A stretch of DNA of 20,000 bases from an uncultured virus (IMG/VR IMGVR_UViG_3300021446_000040) (IMGVR_UViG_3300021446_000040), one strand, 5' to 3'. Positions 1-8,025 are shown, counted from the first letter of the stretch. Translations and numbers: made by a program. The notes: generated by a model from the letters alone, not told the origin.

Positions 1-2710
1 ATGTACGACCGGCTTTCCGGGGTAAAGGAAAAGGTGTCAACGCCCGCGCCTGGTACGCTTTGGGCCGCGCCATAGTCGGTATCTATTTCACCGTCCTTGT
101 AGGCACGCCAGGGTAGGGGTTCGTCCCGGTAGACCGGATGAATCACGCTTTCGCGCCCCGTATCGAACTTGATGTATGGCACTTTGTCGCCGCGACCAAG
201 CTTCGCGCCGTCGATGTACCCGGCTTCGACCGCCGCGTTATACATCTTCGCGGCCCTGGCGTGCGCGGTATGGTTCGAATACGTATCACAGCTACAGTCG
301 TCGCGGTCACACACGCATGACAGCCGTTTTCGAAGCGACGCACGCTTTACCAGGTCGCCGTCGCGGTCGCCGTCTAACACGGCGTCGCGTTCGTCTAAGA
401 TAATCGGCGCGGTCGGTTCATCTTCTAACAGCGCTTCGACCAAGCGCGCTTGTAGCTTCGACGCGCCCTTTAGCGTGTCCGACTTCTTGCACTTCAGGCC
501 TACTACCTTGTGTTCGTCCGTTGACTTTCCATCTTCCCAAACTTTCTTTACTGCATACGACTTTTTCTTATCGGTCTGAATGAACCGCGACGCGACATAA
601 TCTACGTCCAGTTCTATGAACGATTCGTCGCCGTTCATTTTAAAGCCGACAAGGTGCTTGATATGCCGATTCAGACTGTCTACGACGGCTTCCGCCGCGT
701 CCGCCGCGACTTTGGCGCTGTCGTAGTCGTCCTTCAGGCTGATAAAGACGCTATCAGTGTCGCCGCCGATCACTTGGTCTACAGCGTCTATTTCGTTTTC
801 AACGAACCGCCGGCTTTCGCGGATTAGGTACTGGCCGGTTTCGGTAATGTGTTCGGACATACCAGGGACGTAATAGCGGTGCAATGGCGACGCGACCACG
901 CCGAACGACGAATTATACAGGGACTTGATACCCATATACATAGCCGCCGCGACTTTCTTTTCAGGCGTGCCGTTTTCCGCCGCGTTCCGGCGATCTTTAA
1001 ATTCTTGTGCCAAATCTTCCAAGTCCGACGTAGCATCGGCCAGTATGCCCCGTTCGTAATCTGGATGCAAGAATCCGCCGCGCGCGTCGCCGTCCTTTTC
1101 AGGGTCGAAGCGGCTGTTAACACCTTCGATAAACGGCTGTTCCGTGTTCGCCCAATAGTCGCCAGGTCCGTCAGCCGTCTTGTTAACGTCTAACAGCTTC
1201 GGTTTCGTTATGATTTCCCGGTCGTCCAAATAGTCGCCGACTTCTTCTTTCAGCCCTTCGTACCCGTCCGTATCAACCCAAGTGTTTTCGCCCATGTTTA
1301 GCGCCTGAATGATGCTTGGATACATCGAACTGAAGTCAGCGACGAACACCCATTCATGCGTTCCCGGCGTCGTTTCGAACACGTNNNNNNNNNNNNNNNN
1401 NNNNNNNNNNNNNNNNNNNNNNNNNNNNNNNNNNNNNNNNNNNNNNNNNNNNNNNNNNNNNNNNNNNNNNNNNNNNNNNNNNNNCTGAAGTCAGCGACGA
1501 ACACCCATTCATGCGTTCCCGGCGTCGTTTCGAACACGTAGCCGCCCGGAAATTCGCCAGTGTCGCGGTAGCGCCCGCGATCGGGAAACACGTAGCCCTG
1601 TTCGTTCGCGCGGCGCAAGATCACACCGTCAACAGCCTTTCCGACCGCGACGCGCGGATAGCCGTTGCTGTCGTAGGTGATCGTAGACATTCGCGTATGC
1701 CCCTGTTTGCACACGCGCGCGGTCGTTTCGACAAGTAGGTACTGTTCCGAAATGCGGCGCGTTAAGTCCGCGTCCTGTAGGTTATACGACTTCAGGCGTT
1801 CGGGGTCATTATTCCACCATTCGCGTAGTTGCTTGTACGATTCGCTTTCATCCATATCCTTCGAATCGCCTAATTCGTGTTCGGCGACCGAATCCAGGCC
1901 ATAGCTGTCTAATTGGTCGCGCTTGAACGACCGGAACAGCCCCATGGCGTCGAAATGGATCAAGCCAAATTCCGGCCAGGTAAAACCCGAAACCCGGTCA
2001 CTTTCTTCAAGCCGGTTTTTCAGGTACGGCAGATCGAACGATTCGCTATTCCACCCGACAAGCACAAAGTAGTTTTCCAACAGACCGCCGTCGGAACGAT
2101 CGGCCGGGTTCCCTATCAGTTCGGTATAGATTTCCTGTTCCGTGCCAGTGATGAAAAATTCGTTGCCTTCGCCGTCAACCGCCGCGAAGGAAAGGATTTG
2201 CGCGTCCGCGTCGTCCGGTTCGGGGAAGCCGTCGGTCGGGTCTACTTCTATGTCAAAGTATAGCACGTCCCCCGGATCGGGCGTATCCAGTTCAAGTAGG
2301 TCCGGGCGATCGATTAAGACGCGCCTGGCATAAGGCACGTCAGCCTGGTAGGTTTCCGGCACTATGTCAGCGTCGCTTTGCGGCATATCGGCCAGGTCGT
2401 CCCGAAGGTCGTCCAATTCGTTGCGAAAGCTACCGATCGTTCCGGGCGCTTCGGCTTCTACTTTCACGAAACCGTCCGGCGCATTATCGTAGTCCGGGTT
2501 CGTCCAAGCTTCCCACAGTTCGGTCTTGGACGTATCCAGTTCGCCCCATGGAATGTTATCAAAGTCGCCGACTTCCATGTAGAAGTACGGGTTGAACGGC
2601 GCTTTGAACTGTTTGCGCCGCTTTTCGCCGTTTTCTTTCATTAACAGTTCTACGTATAGTGGATCGTCCGTATTGTCGAACCCGTATTGCAGGTCGTACA
2701 CGCGGGACAT
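1..2710 (-). CDS. polB: Family B DNA polymerase, archaeal type, 3' end outside the window (>850 aa after collapsing the gap)
   Basis: ExoI YFDIEV, ExoII GWNSESFDLPYL, ExoIII YNLQD. Bases 1330-1384 are repeated at 1485-1539 across the N gap; collapsing them gives motif A DFSSMYPSII, motif B KSLYNSSFG (900-926), motif C GGDTDS (750-767) and KKKSY. The frame is open to base 1 by manual translation. Confidence 0.96.
1330..1539. other. Assembly gap (100 N, 1385-1484) flanked by an exact 55-nt duplication; scaffolding artefact
   Basis: ctgaagtcagc...cgaacacgt occurs on both sides of the gap; removing one copy plus the Ns restores the polB frame. Confidence 0.9.
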
Positions 2711-2767
2711 TACAGCCCGGCGCTTTGCCCCCCAAAGACTAAAGCGTTGCGTACCGCATTAGTAAGC
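2711..2767. promoter_or_regulatory. Probable divergent promoter region for polB and the DUF6378-like gene
   Basis: 57-nt spacer with a central AT-rich core (aaagactaaag, 2734-2744) about 25-30 nt from both start codons, as expected for leaderless haloarchaeal transcripts. Confidence 0.5.
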
Positions 2768-3103
2768 GTGACAAGCGATACAGCAATCTTGGACGAAGCA
2801 AAGCAAATCGTCAACGAACGCGAAAGCATGAACGGGCCGGCGATCCAAAGCATGACTACGATTCGCCAACTGTGGAATGTCTACCTTGGCGAAGCGTATC
2901 CCGACATTACGACGCGCCAAGCGGCGGTCATGCTTGCACTGCTGAAAGTCGGCCGGCACACGCACGGGGATAACGGTATAGACGACGCGCGCGACATTGC
3001 CGGCTACGCAGAACTGGCCGCGCGGGTCGAAGAAGAACCAGGCGATCACACCTGTTGCGACTGCTGTATCAACGACGAAACGGGGCCGGTTAACAAGTTT
3101 TAG
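2768..3103 (+). CDS. DUF6378-like small alpha-helical phage protein with a Cys-rich tail
   Basis: ILDEAKQIVNER..G...W.VYLG....A.MLALLKVGR......D...DIAGYA resembles the DUF6378 pattern. GTG at 2768 preferred because the longer ORF overlaps polB. C-terminal HTCCDCC. Confidence 0.75.
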   Translation: MTSDTAILDEAKQIVNERESMNGPAIQSMTTIRQLWNVYLGEAYPDITTRQAAVMLALLKVGRHTHGDNGIDDARDIAGYAELAARVEEEPGDHTCCDCCINDETGPVNKF

Positions 3104-3109
3104 ACGCCG

Positions 3110-3988
3110 TTAGTCGTCGTCCCAAACGCTACCCCCGACCTTTTTACATTCGTCTACGAACGGACAGAACCGCATACAGTTATCCGGGTCTATCGGGTCG
3201 GTCGCCGGAATGGTATCTTCTTGGCGGTTGTTATAATGCAGGTACGCGCGCTGTACGATTTCAAGCCAAACCTTCGCTTCTTGCGGTACGCGGTAGCGCC
3301 TTTCATCCAGTTCGTTGCGCGTGATATAGGTTAGTTCGCCTGGCGCGTCGAACGCCTGCTGATAGGTCGCCAACTGGTATTGATGCTTCGGTCTGAAACC
3401 ACGCTTGTTAAAGCGATCAAGCCAGTCTAATTTCTTGATCGTTTTGGTTTCAATTACCCGATCGATTGACCCATCATATTCCGACCATTCGCGCACAGTA
3501 TCGATCGACGGGTAGCCTTCGATTTCTTCGTTGTAAGACGACTTAGCGTACCGCTGTCCGTCCTGGCCGTCGAACACGTAGGCAACATGGCCGCGACCTG
3601 GCGCGTCAACGTTGAACACTACCCAATCCGATTCGCCTACGATCCGAAGATAGCCATTCGGCGCGTCGTCCGCCGGCAGAAAGATCGTACAGCCCACGTC
3701 CTGCCGAACGCGCTTGTCGCCAAATTCTTCCCGAAGCGCGTCGCCGTATCTATCTTCAATGTCATTCCCCAAGGGAAAATATGGCGACGCTTGGGGTTCT
3801 TTCCCGTTCTTGTGCGCCCAATATTCTTTCCGCTGGCACTTGGCAACGTGGGACGCATGAACGTCGGTATCAACCGCTTTATGGCGACCTGGATCATGGC
3901 GATCAACGTATTCGGCTTCAAGCCATTTCGGGATTAGTGGATCAAGCCGTCGAAAAGAACCAGTATCTTCCGCCGCCGTCAATTCCAT
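3110..3988 (-). CDS. Solo Cas4-like / PD-(D/E)xK RecB-family nuclease with four Cys (probable Fe-S cluster)
   Basis: ASHVAKCQRK (C51), GESD (D121), IETK (E180/K182), QLATY, CMRFCPFVDEC (C271/C275/C281). No CRISPR array or other cas genes in the window. Confidence 0.85.
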   Translation of the reverse strand: MELTAAEDTGSFRRLDPLIPKWLEAEYVDRHDPGRHKAVDTDVHASHVAKCQRKEYWAHKNGKEPQASPYFPLGNDIEDRYGDALREEFGDKRVRQDVGCTIFLPADDAPNGYLRIVGESDWVVFNVDAPGRGHVAYVFDGQDGQRYAKSSYNEEIEGYPSIDTVREWSEYDGSIDRVIETKTIKKLDWLDRFNKRGFRPKHQYQLATYQQAFDAPGELTYITRNELDERRYRVPQEAKVWLEIVQRAYLHYNNRQEDTIPATDPIDPDNCMRFCPFVDECKKVGGSVWDDD

Positions 3989-4010
3989 ACGTTAACCTGT
4001 GCGCGGTCGG

Positions 4011-4259
4011 TTAAATAAGTGTCGCCAGGTAGATACTGAAAGCGCCGAACAGCACAGCGACGACCGCCGCAACATACGGCGCACCGAACAGCAGTAAGAT
4101 AGCTTTCGTTATGCTAACCTTCCCCGCCAGTTTATGCCAAGACCACCTGAAATCGCGCTTGATGCTAACCAGGCCATGAACATAGCCGGCGAAAACCATT
4201 AACTGCGTCAGCCCATACGCAACCGCGACGCTGGCCCACAGGGTATCAATCGCTTCCAT
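4011..4259 (-). CDS. Small 2-TM membrane protein (82 aa), paralog of the adjacent gene
   Basis: Two hydrophobic segments around a basic loop (SIKRDFRWSW); ATG at 4259 lies 22 nt after the upstream stop. Confidence 0.75.
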   Translation of the reverse strand: MEAIDTLWASVAVAYGLTQLMVFAGYVHGLVSIKRDFRWSWHKLAGKVSITKAILLLFGAPYVAAVVAVLFGAFSIYLATLI

Positions 4260-4281
4260 ACTTTGCACTACAGCCGCGCGG

Positions 4282-4527
4282 CTAAATAATTGACGCAAAC
4301 CACAGCACGCCCACAACGAACAGCGCCGCAGTAGTCGCGCCCCAAGCCGGCATTACAATCGCGTCGAAAGCGATTTGCGGCGTTTTGACCTGTGCGAACG
4401 CTTCGCCCCACGTTAGGCTTCGCTTCCGCTTCAGGCTAATTACAGACCATGAACACATAATTAGCACCATTAACAGAACGATCGGGTAGGCCAGTGCGAA
4501 CGCTAACCAAACCAAGCGCCATTCCAT
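4282..4527 (-). CDS. Small 2-TM membrane protein (81 aa; alternative start 4536)
   Basis: Two hydrophobic segments around a basic loop (SLKRKRSLTW); TATA-like AAAAATATAAA about 25-35 nt upstream of ATG 4527. Confidence 0.75.
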   Translation of the reverse strand: MEWRLVWLAFALAYPIVLLMVLIMCSWSVISLKRKRSLTWGEAFAQVKTPQIAFDAIVMPAWGATTAALFVVGVLWFASII

Positions 4528-4547
4528 ATTCCGCATACGGCAGGCGT

Positions 4548-4562
4548 GAATTTATATTTTTC
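4548..4562. promoter_or_regulatory. Bidirectional TATA-like element
   Basis: gaatttatatttttc lies between divergent starts at 4527 (-) and 4581 (+), roughly 25-30 nt from each. Confidence 0.6.
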
Positions 4563-4580
4563 CGTGCCTATTATATGCGT

Positions 4581-4937
4581 ATGGGAATGGTAACGGAACC
4601 GCCCGACCGTATTTCCGTGCGTAGGCTTACCAAAGCATACGCGGCGAATGACATTTCTACTGAAGAACTAATGCGAACCCTTCAGGAAAGCTATTCGTTT
4701 CACGAACAGATAGAAGTGATTAGCAGTCCGAAGGCCGGCGTGCTTACCATTTCCTATAACCCTGATACACACCCGACCTTACACAAGAAGCTGAAAGGCG
4801 CTGGATGGGAAACCGACGGCATAGTAATCGACGCTTATCAGACGCCCGAATCCATCGAACGCACACAGCCAGGCCGCGTCGCTACCTACAAGCTTGGTAA
4901 CAAATCAAGCAACCGCATGACTATCTTTCGCGGCTGA
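4581..4937 (+). CDS. Hypothetical protein (~118 aa)
   Basis: ORF fills the space between minus-strand genes; TTTATA at 4551-4556 fits a start at 4581 (4575 or 4587 also possible). No family recognised. Confidence 0.7.
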   Translation: MGMVTEPPDRISVRRLTKAYAANDISTEELMRTLQESYSFHEQIEVISSPKAGVLTISYNPDTHPTLHKKLKGAGWETDGIVIDAYQTPESIERTQPGRVATYKLGNKSSNRMTIFRG

Positions 4938-4939
4938 TT

Positions 4940-5122
4940 TCAGCTTGTTAAACTTGCCAAGCCACTAACGACCGCCATGAACAGCAGGTAGGCAACAGTC
5001 AACTGAAGCACTGTCGCGGCGGCTGTGTAAGAAATCAGAAACCCGGCAGTGAACCAGGCCGCGACCGCTATAACGATGAAAATAGACGTAACAGCGGCCA
5101 AGGCTAACGCGCCGTTATCCAT
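4940..5122 (-). CDS. Small 2-TM membrane protein (60 aa)
   Basis: Almost entirely hydrophobic; upstream TTTTTTACG at 5145-5153. Confidence 0.7.
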   Translation of the reverse strand: MDNGALALAAVTSIFIVIAVAAWFTAGFLISYTAAATVLQLTVAYLLFMAVVSGLASLTS

Positions 5123-5171
5123 ACGGTTACTTTTGCCGCGCCCGCGTAAAAAAGTGCGGTCTAAGGCTACG

Positions 5172-5567
5172 TTAACGGGTAACTTCTTGTCGCGCCTTTC
5201 GCGCTTGCCAACTGGCCGTTTCCGTGTCCGTTCGCGCTTCGCGGATTTCTTCTTCCACTTCCGGCGGTCCGTCGTATTCGCCCCACAGCGCGCCGGCTTC
5301 GGCTTCGGCCAATTCCAAGAAGGCCATTAGCACGTCCGCGCGGTGAATCCCCGCCGTTTGGACGAAGATACCGCCTTCGGCGTCGCGTTCCTGTACGATC
5401 GCTTCGAACGTATCGAAGCCGCCAGGTTCTTCAGCGTAGTCACCTTCGGCGTCTACGTTTTCGCGCATGGTCTTGATCGCCGCTTGCACCCGGCGCGCCA
5501 GTTCTTCGCGCGGGTTGTCCGCGCGCTTCAGCGCTTCCCGAATGTCCGGCTGTGCTGTTTCAGACAT
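5172..5567 (-). CDS. Hypothetical acidic protein (131 aa)
   Basis: Start overlaps the upstream stop (TAATG); halophile-like composition. Confidence 0.8.
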   Translation of the reverse strand: MSETAQPDIREALKRADNPREELARRVQAAIKTMRENVDAEGDYAEEPGGFDTFEAIVQERDAEGGIFVQTAGIHRADVLMAFLELAEAEAGALWGEYDGPPEVEEEIREARTDTETASWQARKARQEVTR

Positions 5568-6367
5568 TATGCTTCGATCACCGTACCGTTTTCTTCCCGA
5601 AGCCCGGCTTCAAAGAGCACGTCGTCTAAGTCCGCCGGGTCGTCCGCCATTTGGTCTACGAACGCCGCCAGTTCCGCGCGTTCGACTACCTGCCCGTCCT
5701 GGCTTTGGACGTAAACGCGCGCCGCTTCAGCGCCCGCTGAAAGGTCGCCAGTGTCGCGGTCGTCGTTGAAGCTAACGTCGTCGTCGTCGCTTGCAAGCGT
5801 CGAAAGGTCCTGTTTTTCATCTTCCGACCCGGTTTCGATCGGGCGGCTGTCGTCCCGCTGTCCGCTGTAGTTTTCCCGCGCCGCGCGGAAAGCGTCAGCG
5901 TGTTCGTAGTCGTCGTTATCCCACGATTCTTCAGGCATAACGCGACTGTCGAAGATGTACGCGGACGACGGTGCCCATTCGACTTCTTTCGAACCTTCGC
6001 ACCGAATGATAACCGCTTCGCCGATTTCCGCGTGATTGACGTAGCCCAAGCCGCCGTGATCCGACATTTCCAAGCCGTCGCCGACTTCAAGATCGACAAA
6101 GCCGGCGTTATCCGGTGCATCCGGGTCGTAGACCCTGATACCTTCGACGGGTTCGGCCAGTGCAATGATAGCGTGTGGCTGTTCGCTATCGTAAGGCGGG
6201 GTCGTTCCCGCCATGACCACGCCCGAAACCGTCTGTGGTTCGTTCGGGTCGGGCTTCCAGTTCTTAGCGTATTCTACCTGTTCGCCTTTCGCGCCGCTTG
6301 CCGCGTCGTCTATTCCGATCATACTTGTACGCGGGTCCGGGGCTTTTCTTTTGCCCGGTTGACCCAT
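5567..6367 (-). CDS. Putative OB-fold single-stranded DNA-binding protein with acidic linker and possible C-terminal winged helix
   Basis: WKP....V.G ... IGE.V.I.CEG.K ... Y.F beta-strand pattern resembles viral OB-fold SSBs; D/E-rich linker; helical C-terminal domain ending in a beta hairpin; replication-module context. Function inferred. Confidence 0.5.
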   Translation of the reverse strand: MGQPGKRKAPDPRTSMIGIDDAASGAKGEQVEYAKNWKPDPNEPQTVSGVVMAGTTPPYDSEQPHAIIALAEPVEGIRVYDPDAPDNAGFVDLEVGDGLEMSDHGGLGYVNHAEIGEAVIIRCEGSKEVEWAPSSAYIFDSRVMPEESWDNDDYEHADAFRAARENYSGQRDDSRPIETGSEDEKQDLSTLASDDDDVSFNDDRDTGDLSAGAEAARVYVQSQDGQVVERAELAAFVDQMADDPADLDDVLFEAGLREENGTVIEA

Positions 6368-6379
6368 TTAGACACATAG

Positions 6380-6395
6380 ACGGCAGGCGTAAAAA
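6380..6395 (-). promoter_or_regulatory. Putative promoter TTTTTACG followed by motif ACGCCTGCCGT
   Basis: T-tract about 21-28 nt upstream of ATG 6367; the 11-mer recurs at 4537-4547 in an equivalent position. Confidence 0.5.
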
Positions 6396-6403
6396 CCTGG
6401 CGT

Positions 6404-7261
6404 TTAGTTGCTTTCAGTAGGGTTTTCGCCGATAATATCACACATTTCAGCCATGCGGTTTCGGACCGTAACAGTAGACACGTCGCCGATTTCCCCCGCT
6501 TCAGTTTGCGTTACGGGTTCGTCCGCGAACTGTGCGGCTAAGTACACAGCGCCGGCCGCAACGCCGCTTGGATTTTTGCCGTTGTCGTATTCAGACCCGC
6601 GCCAGGCGTCGATTAGTTCCCGCGCGTGCGCGTCGTCTACGCCCGCACGCTGTGCATAGCGGCCTACGTATTCTTCCGGGTCCATGATCGGTGTTACCAA
6701 GTCATAGCGCCGGCGAAAGTTGCGGTACGCTACGTCCGCGTCCGCCTTGTCCGGCAGGTATTCTTCGATTTCATGCAGTGACCTGGTAGCCCCGTTCTGC
6801 CGGCAGATAATATAGAAACACGCGCCGCATACGCCTTCAAGCGTCAGCGCTATCAGCCCGTCCGAATGAACCTGTTTGAACAGATACGCGGCCTGTTCGA
6901 TATAGCTTTCAGGCAGGTCTAAGGCCGCGCCTAAACGGTTTATCTCCGATAAACCGGCTTCCCTTGTGTGGCTGTTTTCCGTCCGCGCGCGGTATTCTTG
7001 GTGCCGCATACGCGACCGTTTCAGCGGGTCGCTTGTGTCGTTCGTCGCGGTCATTCGCGTGCGCAAACCGTTATCCGGCAGGCGATTCGTGCGTTGCGCG
7101 CCAGTGCGCCGGCGTTCTTCGATTTCTTCGCTGTTGAACGCGCGCCATTCAGCGCCCCGGTCTATCGGTTCATCGTCGTAGACAAGCCCGCAGGATTCAC
7201 AAAACGTTTCCTTGTCGGTTGTAGAAACCCGTCCGTTACATTCTTCGCAGGCAAAAGCCAT
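6404..7261 (-). CDS. tfb: Transcription initiation factor IIB (TFB) homolog
   Basis: Zn ribbon CEEC...CESCGLV, B-reader IDRGAEWRAF, cyclin repeats (EINRLGAALDLP...RSLHEI; GKNPSGVAAGAVYLAA), C-terminal HTH QTEAGEIGDVSTVTVRNR. Confidence 0.95.
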   Translation of the reverse strand: MAFACEECNGRVSTTDKETFCESCGLVYDDEPIDRGAEWRAFNSEEIEERRRTGAQRTNRLPDNGLRTRMTATNDTSDPLKRSRMRHQEYRARTENSHTREAGLSEINRLGAALDLPESYIEQAAYLFKQVHSDGLIALTLEGVCGACFYIICRQNGATRSLHEIEEYLPDKADADVAYRNFRRRYDLVTPIMDPEEYVGRYAQRAGVDDAHARELIDAWRGSEYDNGKNPSGVAAGAVYLAAQFADEPVTQTEAGEIGDVSTVTVRNRMAEMCDIIGENPTESN

Positions 7262-7285
7262 TAATAAAAGTTATCCCGGCGCTAC

Positions 7286-7293
7286 TACTTAAA
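7286..7293 (-). promoter_or_regulatory. TATA box of tfb (TTTAAGTA)
   Basis: Typical haloarchaeal TATA box 25-32 nt upstream of ATG 7261, implying a leaderless transcript. Confidence 0.7.
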
Positions 7294-7296
7294 CCG

Positions 7297-7419
7297 TTAC
7301 ACATATTCCGGCGCTGTCTTGCAATGCACACATTCTTTCAGCACGCCGTCTATAGAAAACGCGCGCCAGTACGACGGTGATACACTACGCCCACAGTTAG
7401 AACAGATACGATCGGCCAT
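7297..7419 (-). CDS. One-domain micro zinc-finger protein (40 aa, CPxCG-like)
   Basis: MADRICSNCGRSVSPSYWRAFSIDGVLKECVHC has two CxxC motifs, typical of haloarchaeal small zinc fingers; ATG 7419 avoids overlap with the upstream gene. Confidence 0.8.
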   Translation of the reverse strand: MADRICSNCGRSVSPSYWRAFSIDGVLKECVHCKTAPEYV

Positions 7420-7444
7420 ACGGCCTGTAAAAGCGCGGCGGCTT

Positions 7445-7750
7445 TTAAACTTGGACTTCAGAAAAGCCGGCAAACTGAAGCTTGATAGACCCGTTCGGTT
7501 CATCGTCGTAAGTCGGTGTGGCCTGGCAATCTTCGCCATAGATAGTAAAGACAAAAAAATCGCCGCCGCTGTACTTTACGTCTACGTCCTTGTGGGTTAG
7601 TTGCGTGCGAACGCCGTTAACGTACCACGTCCCATAGACGGTTTCCTTTTCCAAGGACAGCTTCAGCCCGCTTTCGGCTACCAGGTCTATCGCCCGGATG
7701 TATTCAGCCGGGTCGGTCACACCGATTTCAAGCCTGCCGTCTACCTTCAT
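7445..7750 (-). CDS. Hypothetical protein (101 aa), paralog of 7747-8025
   Basis: ATGA overlap with the upstream stop gives the start MKVDGRLEIG; aligns with its neighbour. Confidence 0.75.
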   Translation of the reverse strand: MKVDGRLEIGVTDPAEYIRAIDLVAESGLKLSLEKETVYGTWYVNGVRTQLTHKDVDVKYSGGDFFVFTIYGEDCQATPTYDDEPNGSIKLQFAGFSEVQV

Positions 7751-8025
7751 TCGTCTGTAAAGGTCACAACGATCTTTCCGCGCGACCCTGCTACTGGTTT
7801 CGGCTTGCACTTTTTCAGGCCATGGTTCGTATCGACAAACACCCATTCTTGGCCGATCCAGTGCAAATCTTGATCGGCGTATTCGGTTTCATACGTTGCC
7901 CCGTTCTTGTCTTTCCACTTTCCGATTATTGCTACGTCTACGACCTTCAGGCCTAACCCGGTTGCTAATTCAAGCGCTTCGTTGTACTTGTCGATCGACG
8001 GTATGGTTGCTTTTACTTGTCCCAT
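7747..8025 (-). CDS. Hypothetical protein (92 aa)
   Basis: ATG start with a T-rich element (CTTTCGTACTT) about 19-29 nt upstream; coupled to the downstream paralog. Confidence 0.75.
   Translation of the reverse strand: MGQVKATIPSIDKYNEALELATGLGLKVVDVAIIGKWKDKNGATYETEYADQDLHWIGQEWVFVDTNHGLKKCKPKPVAGSRGKIVVTFTDE

Noticed and set aside
1330..1539. 55-nt direct repeat as a biological repeat or att site
   Set aside because: Both copies abut the gap and the length equals a common assembler k-mer.
138..2644. Many plus-strand and alternative-frame ORFs over polB, and likewise over the other long genes
   Set aside because: Shadow ORFs of GC-rich coding sequence; Arg/Ser/Val-rich, without motifs and unlike the acidic proteome.
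1298..2710. Truncated 470-aa, split or pseudogenised PolB as shown in the ORF track
   Set aside because: The frameshift comes from the 100-N gap plus the 55-nt duplication; the polymerase domain continues intact to base 1.
3110..3988. CRISPR-Cas locus
   Set aside because: Only a solo Cas4-like gene; no repeat-spacer array and no cas1/cas2.
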